From: Dehalococcoidia bacterium
GTDB taxonomy: Bacteria > Chloroflexota > Dehalococcoidia > DSTF01 > WHTK01
Assembly (NCBI GenBank): GCA_050185685.1
Contig: JBFWZE010000001.1
Span: 2,421-66,420, forward strand
Reading direction: 5' to 3'
Length of the DNA: 64,000 bases
How positions within the stretch are numbered: position 1 is the stretch's first letter; each line of letters opens with the position of its first letter. Positions 11,489 through 20,618 of the stretch are shown here, in pieces. Position numbers and translations under genes: made by a program. The notes under the pieces were generated by a model. It was not told the DNA's origin, did not search any database, and saw nothing but the letters and a program-made list of their open reading frames with translations.

Positions 11489-11783
11489 GACGTTACCGGG
11501 GCCCGCTTCGGGATTGAAGAGGACCTGTCAGAGACTGACGCTTGCCGACGCCTTGTCGGCCGACGGGTCGGCGAAGATCCGGCCAAAGGGGTGCATTCCG
11601 CTGCTGCGGATCTCGTTCGGGTCCATTTGCATCGTCACTGGGGGTCACCTTTGTCGCTGTCGTGCTGGCCGGTTGCAGTCTGAGTGTACGAGATTGCGCA
11701 GTCGCCGCCGCGGGGACGGTTGCATACCGCGAATTTGATCGAGAATCGTGGGGGACGTTCGAGACCAGGCGAGAGGAAGCATC

Positions 11784-12197
11784 ATGAACGCAATCGACAA
11801 GTTCACGCCGGCACGGCAGGCGGCGCTCGGATATGCCCGGGTCTGTCGCGTCGCATCTGTGGGTCCGAAGGGGCCGCACGTAGCGCCCTTCTGCCACGCT
11901 TTCGACGGCGACCGCACCGTTTACATCGAGACGCAGCCGACGCGGATCACGGTCCGCAACCTCACGCACACGCCGCAGCTCGAGCTGCTGGTGGACGATT
12001 ACGTCGAAGACTGGTCGAAGCTCTGGATGCTCTCGCTCACTGGTACCGGCCGTACGCTGAGCGAGGGCGACGAGTTCGACAGGGCGAAAGCCATGCTGCG
12101 GGCGAAGTTCCCTCAGTTCGACCGCATGAGCCTCGACGTGCACTTCATCCTCGCCTTCGATATCACCGGCGTACGCCACGCCGAGGGGATTGCCTGA
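11784..12197 (+). CDS. Pyridoxamine 5'-phosphate oxidase family protein (likely F420-dependent PPOX class)
   Basis: GAGAGGAAG ribosome-binding site before the ATG at 11784. About 137 aa with a split-barrel PNPOx-like pattern (VCRVASVGPKGPHVAPFCHAFDGDRTVYIET). Confidence 0.65.
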   Translation: MNAIDKFTPARQAALGYARVCRVASVGPKGPHVAPFCHAFDGDRTVYIETQPTRITVRNLTHTPQLELLVDDYVEDWSKLWMLSLTGTGRTLSEGDEFDRAKAMLRAKFPQFDRMSLDVHFILAFDITGVRHAEGIA

Positions 12198-12200
12198 CCT

Positions 12201-13229
12201 ATGACCGACCAGCTCACCATCGCCATCACAACGCCGCTCGAGGCTGAGCATGTAGCGACGATCCGCGCCGTCGACCCTCGCATCACGGTGCTCTACGAGC
12301 CCGACATTCTGCCGGTGCCGCGCTACCACGCCGACCACACCGGCGACCCCTCGTTCAGGCGAACCTCAGAGCAGGAGCAGCGCTTCCTCGCGATGCTGGC
12401 GCAGGCCGACGTTGCCTTCGACTTCGACCGCAGCCACCTCGCCGACCTGCCCGTCATCGCGCCGAAGCTGAAGTGGGTGCAGGCGACAAGCTCCGGCATC
12501 GGTCAGACGATCATGCGCGCCGGCCTGGAGGATTCGGGCATCGTCTTCACAACCGCCAGCGGCGTCCACGCCCGGCCCCTCGCCGACTTCTGCCTCATGG
12601 CGATGCTGATGTTCGCGAAGGACTACTGGCTGATGGCGCGCGACAAGGCGGCGAAGCGGTGGGAGCGGTACAGCGGTGAAGAGCTCACCGGCAAGACGCT
12701 GGCGATCATCGGCCTCGGCCGCGTCGGCAAGGAGGTCGCGAGCCACGGCAAGAAGCTGGACATGCGCGTCGTCGGCCTGCGCCGCAGCACGGAGCCGGTG
12801 GCGAACGTCGACAAGATCTACGCCCGCGCCGAGCTGCATGAGATGCTCGCCGAGGCCGACGTCCTCGTCCTGATCGCGCCGCACACGCCCGACACCGAGG
12901 GCATGATCGGCGAGGCCGAGCTTGCCGTGATGAAGCCGAGCGCCCTGTTGATCAACATCGCGCGCCACCAGCTCGTCGATGAGCCGGCCTTGATCCGCGC
13001 CCTGCAGGAGGGCCGCCTCGCCGGCGCTGCGCTCGACGTGGTCAGCTCGGAGCCTCTGCCTCCCGACTCGCCGCTCTGGGACCTGCCGAACGTGATCATC
13101 AGCCCGCATTCGGCGAGCACGGTGACGCAGGAGAACGCGCGAATCACGGCGATATTCTGCGAGAACCTGCGCCGCTACCTCGCCTGCGAGCCGCTGATCA
13201 ACGTCCTCGACACGAAGGCCCTCTACTGA
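12201..13229 (+). CDS. D-isomer-specific 2-hydroxyacid dehydrogenase, NAD-binding
   Basis: Rossmann motif GKTLAIIGLGRVGKEVA, and the catalytic R/E/H region typical of the D-2-hydroxyacid dehydrogenase family. Confidence 0.85.
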   Translation: MTDQLTIAITTPLEAEHVATIRAVDPRITVLYEPDILPVPRYHADHTGDPSFRRTSEQEQRFLAMLAQADVAFDFDRSHLADLPVIAPKLKWVQATSSGIGQTIMRAGLEDSGIVFTTASGVHARPLADFCLMAMLMFAKDYWLMARDKAAKRWERYSGEELTGKTLAIIGLGRVGKEVASHGKKLDMRVVGLRRSTEPVANVDKIYARAELHEMLAEADVLVLIAPHTPDTEGMIGEAELAVMKPSALLINIARHQLVDEPALIRALQEGRLAGAALDVVSSEPLPPDSPLWDLPNVIISPHSASTVTQENARITAIFCENLRRYLACEPLINVLDTKALY

Positions 13230-14431
13230 GGCGATAACCCCGCGGCCGGCTCACGCACCGGCGCTTTCGGCTTCGGCGTGAACAGCAGGATCGCCGAGGC
13301 GGCTGCGAGGGCGACTGCCGCTGCGATCCAGGCGAGGAGGAACTCACCGGTTTCGTCCTTGATGATGCCAGTGAGCGGGGCGCTGATCGCGCTCAGGCTG
13401 AGGCCGATCGGCATCGCGATGCCGCGGATCTTGCCGATGTTGGCCGCTCCGAAGTAGTTCGGCCAGGTCGCTGCACGGCTGACGTCGAAGCTGGCCGCAG
13501 CGACACCAAAGAGGCCGCTCGCGAGGAAGACGCCGGCGACGGTATCGGCCTGGATGATCGCGCCCAGCGTGACGACCATCGCCATTGTCGAGGCGGCGGC
13601 GAGGAAGCGCGGCGGCACACGGTCGACGGCCCAGCCGGTGGGGACGGAGATCAGCGCCGCCATCACCGCCTCGAACGAGAGCGCAAACGCGACTATCTGC
13701 GCGTCGACGCCCTGGTCGATGAAGTACGAAACGCGATAGATGCCGACCGTACCCATCGCGCCCATTCGCAGGCCGTCGACGCTTGCGAGCCGCCAGAACG
13801 CGGACGACTTCATCGCCTCTTCGCGCGTCCACGACACCTCGGCGATGACGTGGGAGGGTTTGCCGGTTTCGCCCGGCTCCGGCACAGCGCCGCCGTCAGG
13901 GAGCAGCCCCATGTCCTCCGGGCGCCGCCGGACGATCGCCGCGGCCACCATGATGATCGCCGTGCCGGTGATGCCGAGCACCAGCCACGCCTGCCGCCAG
14001 CCGATCTCGTCGATCAGGAACTGCGTGAGCGGCGGTGTGATGAAGATGCCGATCGGCAGCCCAAGGAACGTAATCGAGAGTGCCTTGCCGCGGTTCTTCA
14101 CAAACCAGGCCGAGATCGGCACCGTTGCGTACAGCGTGCCGCCCGCCATATAGAGGCCGGTGAGTCCGCTGACGAAGAGCAGAAAGATCAGCTGCCAGCC
14201 GTCGGTAATCGCCGCCAGCCCGATCACTGACGCGCCCGCGACAAGCCCGGCGATCACGAGCGGCAGTCGCGCCCCGTGGCGGTCGAGGTAGCGGCCGATC
14301 CACCAGCTCGTTGCGCTGAATCCAATCAGCCGCGCGGTCTGGCCGAAGCCGAAGACCGACTCGCCCATGCCCAGGTCCTCGGTCATCGGCTTGATGAACA
14401 GACCGAGGTTGATGCCGCCCATGCCGGTCAT
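13223..14431 (-). CDS. MFS transporter (paralog of the transporter at 24938-26258). The conserved first half of TM1 is encoded upstream of the first ATG.
   Basis: 402 aa from the ATG. The in-frame upstream sequence SRPRFFYGWVIVAALATVTGA matches the paralog N-terminus GRIFYGWWVVLGLAAISAV, but no ATG, GTG or TTG precedes it. Confidence 0.7.
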   Translation of the reverse strand: MTGMGGINLGLFIKPMTEDLGMGESVFGFGQTARLIGFSATSWWIGRYLDRHGARLPLVIAGLVAGASVIGLAAITDGWQLIFLLFVSGLTGLYMAGGTLYATVPISAWFVKNRGKALSITFLGLPIGIFITPPLTQFLIDEIGWRQAWLVLGITGTAIIMVAAAIVRRRPEDMGLLPDGGAVPEPGETGKPSHVIAEVSWTREEAMKSSAFWRLASVDGLRMGAMGTVGIYRVSYFIDQGVDAQIVAFALSFEAVMAALISVPTGWAVDRVPPRFLAAASTMAMVVTLGAIIQADTVAGVFLASGLFGVAAASFDVSRAATWPNYFGAANIGKIRGIAMPIGLSLSAISAPLTGIIKDETGEFLLAWIAAAVALAAASAILLFTPKPKAPVREPAAGLSPQ

Positions 14432-14763
14432 CGCGCCGGTGACGGTAGCTAGCGCGGCGACGATTACCCAGCCGTAGAAGAAGCGAGGGCGCGAACCAGC
14501 AGTGCTCGGTGAGGGTTCCAGGGTCGGATGTGCGTCGATGGTCTGATCCTCACCGGCCGCTCGAGGCGTTTCGCTCGCAGTGCCGGGTCAGAGCATACCG
14601 CAATACTGAACAGGTTCAGGGTCGGCGCGCGCATCCTGTAAGGCGTCGTCAGCGGCTGATCGCATGTGTTAACCAAATGCCATCAATAGTCGTTTCTTCT
14701 ACGACTGACAGTGTTGCTCAACACATCGCAGTCGAACGGCGGGGCGAGAGAGGATACGTCCTC

Positions 14764-14976
14764 ATGAGATTGGCACAGCTGGTCTGCCCGGGCTGCCGCA
14801 CGTCCTACGAGATGGCCATCGATGGAGAGGCGTTCGTCGTCGCCTGCCCCGCTTGCGGCCAGAACAACCGCGTCCCCGGCAGCGCGAGGCCGATCACCGG
14901 ACGCTGCGCCAAGTGCGGCCGGCCGATCGATGACCACGGCTTCCAGGGAGAGTCGATGAAGGGCTGTCCTGCCTGA
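14764..14976 (+). CDS. Small zinc-ribbon protein (three CxxC motifs)
   Basis: 70 aa: MRLAQLVCPGCRTSYEMAIDGEAFVVACPACGQNNRVPGSARPITGRCAKCGRPIDD. A purine-rich stretch precedes the ATG. Confidence 0.4.
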   Translation: MRLAQLVCPGCRTSYEMAIDGEAFVVACPACGQNNRVPGSARPITGRCAKCGRPIDDHGFQGESMKGCPA

Positions 14977-14985
14977 CGACAGCCT

Positions 14986-15014
14986 GAAATGACAGGAGCC
15001 CGTGATTCACGGGC
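14986..15014. terminator. Bidirectional hairpin between convergent genes
   Basis: caggagcccgtga-tt-cacgggcccctg, a near-perfect 12-bp palindromic stem, lying between the zinc-ribbon ORF (+) and the hydrolase gene (-). Confidence 0.45.
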
Positions 15015-15042
15015 CCCTGTGCAATGGTCCTGTGCGTTGTCG

Positions 15043-16152
15043 CTAGGCCGAAGCCGCGACCTCGCCGATTGCGGCGCGAAGCGTTGCCGTGTCCTTGTAC
15101 GCCTCCGGGATCGGCTGCGGGAAGCCCTCCGGCGGGGCGGCGACGAGGTCAGGGTTGATCGGGCGGCGGCGGGAAACACCCGCCCACTTCGCCGTCTCCC
15201 AGCTCACCTTGCCGTCGCGGAAGAACTCCAGGAACGTCTGGTTGAACATGTCCGGCTGGTCCGTCTGACCCTGGTGGCCGCAGTGGTCGGGGTAGAAGAA
15301 CTGGATGTTCGGGACCGCGTCTTCCTGCATGAAGCCGTTCTCGACCGGGCTCAGCACGTCGGCGAGGCCGTACATGTAGATCATCGGGATCGTCAGGCGC
15401 TGGAGACGGCCGTTCGTCGACAGGTTGGCGAGAATGTTCTCGTCGTTGGTCGCGAAGGGGGCAACCTCAGGCAGACCGGCGGCGACGCGGCCGGCGCGCT
15501 GGCGGTGAGCAGCCTTGACGCGCATCGTGATCAGCTCCGGCCAGATCGCGCCGGCCTTGTAGATGATGCCTTCCATGAGGACACGCATCGACTCCTCGGT
15601 GCCGTCGAAGCCGGGCGACACGTAGTCGCGGTTGGCGGAGAAGTTGCTGTCCTTGCTTGAGACGCGAAGGGCCGGGTCGACGACGTCGCCGAGGCTGCCG
15701 GCGATGAACGCGACGCCGAGGATGCGGTCAGGGTGAGCCATCGTCACGTTGACGGCGGTCGCGCAGCCCATCGAGTTGCCGCTGATGAAGAACTTGTCGA
15801 TGCAGAGGGCGTCGGCGAAGTCACGGATGAAGTCGACGTGGGTCTTCGGGCTCTTGCGCAGGTACTCTGCGCCGGTGTCGGCCCAGCCGAAGCCCGGCTG
15901 GTCGGGGCAGTACACGCGGAAGCCGTTGGCGCCGAGGAAGGGCGCCGTGAACCGCCAGCCTGCGGTGCCGGACGAACCCTCAATGCCGCCGTGGCAGAGG
16001 ATGACCGCCGGGCCGTCGTCGCCGGAGACGGTGTAGTGGGCCTTGGCGCCGTTGCCCAGGCGTACCCACTGGCTGGACATGCCGGGGATATGAATGATGT
16101 CTTCGTCTGTCAGTCCACGGCTGGAGCTGTCCTGTACGAGTTCCCTACCCAT
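15043..16152 (-). CDS. Alpha/beta-hydrolase fold protein (MhpC/BphD-like C-C hydrolase or epoxide-hydrolase-like)
   Basis: GNSMG nucleophile elbow, HGG oxyanion motif, and a C-terminal His in HCGHQ. GAGGTGA ribosome-binding site before the ATG at 16152. Confidence 0.75.
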   Translation of the reverse strand: MGRELVQDSSSRGLTDEDIIHIPGMSSQWVRLGNGAKAHYTVSGDDGPAVILCHGGIEGSSGTAGWRFTAPFLGANGFRVYCPDQPGFGWADTGAEYLRKSPKTHVDFIRDFADALCIDKFFISGNSMGCATAVNVTMAHPDRILGVAFIAGSLGDVVDPALRVSSKDSNFSANRDYVSPGFDGTEESMRVLMEGIIYKAGAIWPELITMRVKAAHRQRAGRVAAGLPEVAPFATNDENILANLSTNGRLQRLTIPMIYMYGLADVLSPVENGFMQEDAVPNIQFFYPDHCGHQGQTDQPDMFNQTFLEFFRDGKVSWETAKWAGVSRRRPINPDLVAAPPEGFPQPIPEAYKDTATLRAAIGEVAASA

Positions 16153-16551
16153 CGAAATTCACCTCAGATGCTATGAGCCCAGCGAGCCCCAGTTCACTCT
16201 CTGCGCTGAAAAGGTCGTGCGAGAGTCGTGGTTCGGAGTCAGGTCAATCGTCACTCCCTTCCTTCACGCACGGGGGAAGCCGGCTGTCGGCGCCTCGGCA
16301 TGATGACCGTAGCGGAGCACTCCACGGCGAAACCCGGCGCGCGCGGTGGTCTGTTCTGGAGCAGGCTGACGCCATGATGGTACCTGCGGCGGGGAGCGCA
16401 GATTAGCCCCGTATACGACAGGCCGTCAAGCTGCGGAAGCGCCGTTCGCATCCCGCCTGGCGAAAAGCAGGTTAAGAATCGAGGCCGAGGCGGGCGGTTC
16501 GATTGACACAACTTCCCCGCCTCCAGATGATCGCCGCGTCGAAAGCGGACA

Positions 16552-18213
16552 GTGTCGTCCGGCAAGCTCTTGAGGACTCCTTTGAATACCGGACTCGCAC
16601 CAGCGGACTTTTACTACCCATCGATCCGGATGCCCGTGCTGGCACGCCACGGCATGGTCAACTCCAGCTCGCCGCTGGCGGCGCAGGCCGGACTGCGCAT
16701 GCTGCTCAAGGGCGGCAACGCGGTCGACGCCGCCGTCGCGACCGCAATCACCCTGACCGTCGTCGAGCCGTGGGTGAACGGCATCGGCTCCGACTCCTTC
16801 ACGATGGTCTGGTCCGATGGCAAGCTGCACGGCCTCAACGCTTCCGGCCGCTCGCCGGCTGCGTTCACGCCGGAGCTCTTCGAAAAGCTGGGTCACAAGG
16901 TCATGCCCCAGCACGGCTGGGCCACGGTCACCGTACCCGGCGCCGTCGGAGCGTGGCGCGACCTGCACAAACGCTTCGGCCGCCTCCCCTTCGAGACGCT
17001 GTTCGAGCCGGCTCTCGATTACGCCGAGAACGGCATCGCCCTGGCCCCTGAGACGGCCTACAGCTGGGCGCTCGGGCAGCGAAACTTCAAGGCATCCCTG
17101 CACGGCCCGGAGTTCGAGGGCTGGTTCAGCACTTTCATGCCGGACGGCCGCGAGGCGCACCCCGGCGACATCTGGACCCTGCCCGACCACGCGAAAACCC
17201 TTCGCCTGATCGCCGAATCGAAGGGCGAGTCGTTCTATCGCGGCGCCCTCGCGGAGCAGTTCGCTGCGTTCGCAGCCAAGACGGGCGGCTACATCACGGT
17301 GGACGACCTCGCCGCCCACGTCTCGGAGTGGGTCGACCCGATCAGCGTCAACTACCGCGGCTATGACGTCTGGGAGATGCCGCCGAACGGCTCTGGCATC
17401 GCCGCGCTTCAGGCGCTCGCGATCATGGAGGGCTACGACGTCCCTGAGCACCCGCGAGACTCGGCCGAGACCTGGCATCGCGAGATCGAGGCGATGAAGC
17501 TCGCCTACGCCGACGCCCTCCGCTACATCGCCGACCCTGAGCATGTCGCGGTGCCGGTGGGGCTGCTGCTCGACAAGGACTACGCCGCCGCGCAGCGCGC
17601 CCTGATTGGCGACGAGGCGCTCGAGCCGACGGCAGGCGACCCGCCGCCGGGAGGCACCGTGTACCTCTGCACCGCCGACAGCGACGGCATGATGGTCTCG
17701 ATGATCCAGTCGAACTACAACGGCTTCGGCAGCGGTGTTGTCGTCCCCGGCACCGGCATCTCGCTGCAGAACCGGGCGCGCGGCTTCTCGCTGCAGCCCG
17801 GACACCCGAACCAGATTGCGCCTCGCAAGCGGCCGTACCACACGATCATTCCCGGCTTTCTGACGCAGGACGGCGCACCGATCGGACCCTTTGGCCTCAT
17901 GGGCGGCGCGATGCAGCCCCAGGGCCACCTGCAGATCCTCGTGAACCAGATCGACTACGGCATGAACCCACAGACCAGCCTCGACGCGCCGCGCTGGCGC
18001 TGGATGACCGGCAAGCAGGTCGCCGTCGAGCGCGCGACGCCGCCAGAGGTCGTCCGCGGCCTGGAGGCGAGAGGCCACCAGGTCGTCGTCGCCGAGAACG
18101 GGCCCGTGCTCAATGCGGGCTTCGGCCGCGGGCAGATCATCCGCCGCCTCGCCAACGGCACCTACGTCGGCGGCAGCGAGCCTCGTGCGGATGGGGCCTC
18201 GGTGGGCTACTGA
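16552..18213 (+). CDS. ggt: Gamma-glutamyltransferase
   Basis: GGT family signature including the autocatalytic nucleophile region GGTVYLCTADSDGMMVSMIQSNYNGFGSGVVVPGTGISLQNR. The frame is open from a GTG at 16552, and an alternative ATG lies at 16630. Confidence 0.85.
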   Translation: MSSGKLLRTPLNTGLAPADFYYPSIRMPVLARHGMVNSSSPLAAQAGLRMLLKGGNAVDAAVATAITLTVVEPWVNGIGSDSFTMVWSDGKLHGLNASGRSPAAFTPELFEKLGHKVMPQHGWATVTVPGAVGAWRDLHKRFGRLPFETLFEPALDYAENGIALAPETAYSWALGQRNFKASLHGPEFEGWFSTFMPDGREAHPGDIWTLPDHAKTLRLIAESKGESFYRGALAEQFAAFAAKTGGYITVDDLAAHVSEWVDPISVNYRGYDVWEMPPNGSGIAALQALAIMEGYDVPEHPRDSAETWHREIEAMKLAYADALRYIADPEHVAVPVGLLLDKDYAAAQRALIGDEALEPTAGDPPPGGTVYLCTADSDGMMVSMIQSNYNGFGSGVVVPGTGISLQNRARGFSLQPGHPNQIAPRKRPYHTIIPGFLTQDGAPIGPFGLMGGAMQPQGHLQILVNQIDYGMNPQTSLDAPRWRWMTGKQVAVERATPPEVVRGLEARGHQVVVAENGPVLNAGFGRGQIIRRLANGTYVGGSEPRADGASVGY

Positions 18214-18265
18214 ATCGCCTGTCCGTTTCGTGTACCTTCTCGACGAGGACGCGAAAGGGACACCG

Positions 18266-20056
18266 ATGCCGACACCGAACGAAGACGTAGAAGCCTGGCT
18301 GGCCGAGTTCGACGCAGTGCTGCGACGGTCTGACTGGACCGCGGCGGCAGACCTCTTCGCTGAGGACTCCTACTGGCGCGATTTCACCGCGTTCACCTGG
18401 AACCTCAAGACGTTGGAAGGCCCAGAGGCGATCTGTGCCATGCTCGCGGCCCGTGGCGCAGACACCGGCGCGACGAGCTGGTTTCTCGACGGGGACGCGA
18501 CGATCGACGCGACCGGTGTGACCGAGGCGTGGCTCCGCTTCGAGACGAAGGTCGGGCGCGGCCAGGGGATCCTGCGGCTGCGCGACGGCAAGGCATGGGT
18601 CCTCTTCACTGCTCTGCGCGAGCTCAAGGGCTTCGAGGAGCAGCACGACGCGTCGCGCCCCTTCGGCGTCGAGTACGGCGCCGTAAAGGACCGCGTTACC
18701 TGGCACGCAGCGCGTCAGCGGGAGCAGGCCGAGCTGGGGTACACGGAGCAGCCGTTCGTGCTGATTGTCGGCGGTGGGCAGGGCGGTATTGGCCTCGGTG
18801 CGCGGCTCAGGCAGCTCAACGTCCCGGCGATCATCGTCGAGCGGCATGCCCGCGCCGGCGACTCCTGGCGCAGCCGCTACGACTCGCTGACCCTGCACGA
18901 CACGGTCTGGTTCGACCACCTGCCCTACATCCCGTTCCCGGCGCACTGGCCTGTGTTCACGCCGAAGGACAAGATGGGCGACTGGCTCGAGGCCTACACG
19001 ACCCTCATGGAGCTCAACTACTGGACGAACACAACTTGCAAGTTGGCGTCCTACGACGAAGCTGAAGGGCGGTGGACGGTCGAGGTCGAGCGCGACGGCG
19101 TGCCGGTGACGCTGCGCCCAACGCATCTCGTGCTCGCGACCGGCATGTCGGGTATGCCGAAGCTGCCGTCCTTCACGGGTGCTGATGCCTTCGAGGGTGA
19201 GGTCTACCATTCGAGCCGCTACCGAACCGGCGCTGCGTATCGCGGTAAGCACGCGATCGTCGTCGGTTCGAACAACTCGGCGCATGACATATGCCAGGAC
19301 CTCTGGGAGCACGGCGTCGCCAGCGTGACGATGCTGCAGCGCTCGTCCTCGACGGTGATCCGGCGTCCGCGCATACCGGGCGGCACCGGCCCGTACTCCG
19401 AGGGCGCTGTCGCCGCGGGCCTGACCACCGACCGCGCCGACCTGCTCGCCGCCTCTGTGCCGCAGCGTCTCGCCCCGATCGCGGCGGCCGAAGCAACGCA
19501 GAAAATGCGCGCCGACGACGCCGAGTACTACGCCCGCGTCGAGGCCGCCGGCTTCCTCATCGACTTCGGTGAGGACAACACCGGCGTCGCGATGAAGTAC
19601 CAGCGCCGCGGCTCCGGCTACTACATCGACACCGGCGCGACGGAGTTGATCGTCAACGGCGAGATCAAGCTCCGCACACGGGTCAGCATCGAGCGGATGA
19701 AGGCGAAGTCGGTGGTCCTGAGTGACGGCTCAGAGCTGCCCGCGGACCTCGTCGTCTGCGCGACCGGCTACGGCTCGATGAACGGCTGGGCGGCGCAGCT
19801 GATCTCGCAGGAGGTCGCCGACCGCGTCGGTAAGGTGTGGGGCCTCGGCTCAGGCACTGCGTACGACCCGGGGCCGTGGGAAGGCGAGCAGCGCAACATG
19901 TGGAAGCCGACGCAGCAGCCGGGGCTCTGGTTCCACGGCGGCAACCTCGCGCAGTCGCGGCACTTCTCGCTCTACCTGGCGTTGCAGCTCAAGGCGCGCC
20001 TCGAGGGCATCCCGACGCCGGTGTACGAGCTGGCGCCGGTGCACCACCTGAGCTAA
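18266..20056 (+). CDS. Flavin-containing monooxygenase (class B FMO/BVMO-like) with an N-terminal NTF2/SnoaL-like domain
   Basis: FAD motif LIVGGGQGGIGLGARL and NADPH motif IVVGSNNSAHDI. The ATG at 18266 is preferred because the longer ORF would overlap ggt. The first 130 aa (EAWLAEFDAVLRRSDW...WLRFETKVGRGQGILRLRDGKAWV) look NTF2-like. Confidence 0.8.
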   Translation: MPTPNEDVEAWLAEFDAVLRRSDWTAAADLFAEDSYWRDFTAFTWNLKTLEGPEAICAMLAARGADTGATSWFLDGDATIDATGVTEAWLRFETKVGRGQGILRLRDGKAWVLFTALRELKGFEEQHDASRPFGVEYGAVKDRVTWHAARQREQAELGYTEQPFVLIVGGGQGGIGLGARLRQLNVPAIIVERHARAGDSWRSRYDSLTLHDTVWFDHLPYIPFPAHWPVFTPKDKMGDWLEAYTTLMELNYWTNTTCKLASYDEAEGRWTVEVERDGVPVTLRPTHLVLATGMSGMPKLPSFTGADAFEGEVYHSSRYRTGAAYRGKHAIVVGSNNSAHDICQDLWEHGVASVTMLQRSSSTVIRRPRIPGGTGPYSEGAVAAGLTTDRADLLAASVPQRLAPIAAAEATQKMRADDAEYYARVEAAGFLIDFGEDNTGVAMKYQRRGSGYYIDTGATELIVNGEIKLRTRVSIERMKAKSVVLSDGSELPADLVVCATGYGSMNGWAAQLISQEVADRVGKVWGLGSGTAYDPGPWEGEQRNMWKPTQQPGLWFHGGNLAQSRHFSLYLALQLKARLEGIPTPVYELAPVHHLS

Positions 20057-20082
20057 GACGGGGCGTCAGGGCGCCCTCACCC

Positions 20083-20104
20083 TAACCCTCTCCCGCGCCC
20101 GGGA
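20083..20104. terminator. Hairpin between the convergent FMO and FKBP genes
   Basis: ctctcccg-cgc-ccgggagag, a perfect 8-bp stem. Confidence 0.45.
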
Positions 20105-20138
20105 GAGAGGACCCGTGGTTGCTGCCAATCGTCAGGGG

Positions 20139-20480
20139 TTACTTGATGGCGATGAGCTCGATCTCGAAGATCAGGTCGGCGTTTGGCGGGATCGGACCGG
20201 CGCCGCCGGGGCCGTAGCCGAGGTCCGACGGGATGTAGACCGTGCGCTTGCCGCCGACCTTCATCGTCGACAGGCCCTGAGAGAAGCCGGGGATCACGCC
20301 GTTCATCGGGAAGCTGATCGGCGCTCGGCCGACGGAGCTGTCGAAGACTTTATCGTTGTCCGCGAGCTTGCCCGTGTAGTGGACGGTGACCTGCTGGTCC
20401 ATGCGGGGCGACTCGCCCTCGCCGACGACATCGTCGATGTATTCCAGCCCGTTCGGCATCTTGGTGCTGCCTTCCAGCAT
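20139..20480 (-). CDS. FKBP-type peptidyl-prolyl cis-trans isomerase
   Basis: The FKBP domain (VTVHYTGKLADNDKVFDSS...GVIPGFSQGLSTMKVGGKRTVYIPSDLGYG) follows the ATG at 20480, which has a GAAGGGA ribosome-binding site. Confidence 0.8.
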   Translation of the reverse strand: MLEGSTKMPNGLEYIDDVVGEGESPRMDQQVTVHYTGKLADNDKVFDSSVGRAPISFPMNGVIPGFSQGLSTMKVGGKRTVYIPSDLGYGPGGAGPIPPNADLIFEIELIAIK

Positions 20481-20618
20481 GATCCGTCCCTTCTCACTAT
20501 CGCCCCGCACGCCCATGGTGAGAGCCATCTGGCCGAGTATACCCGGCGCTTTGCATTTGGCTCGACATCATCACTCGGCAGCCTCCGCACCTGCTGACAC
20601 CCGCAGTAAACTTCGGCC

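Noticed and set aside
16153-16551. 400-bp non-coding gap upstream of ggt, as a candidate riboswitch
   Set aside because: No recognisable conserved riboswitch core (glycine, SAM, TPP, cobalamin, ydaO or others) could be identified by eye. It is probably a divergent promoter region.
16426-18078. 550-aa ORF on the minus strand opposite ggt
   Set aside because: It is antisense to a well-supported gamma-glutamyltransferase gene, and its composition is biased. Rejected as an artefact.
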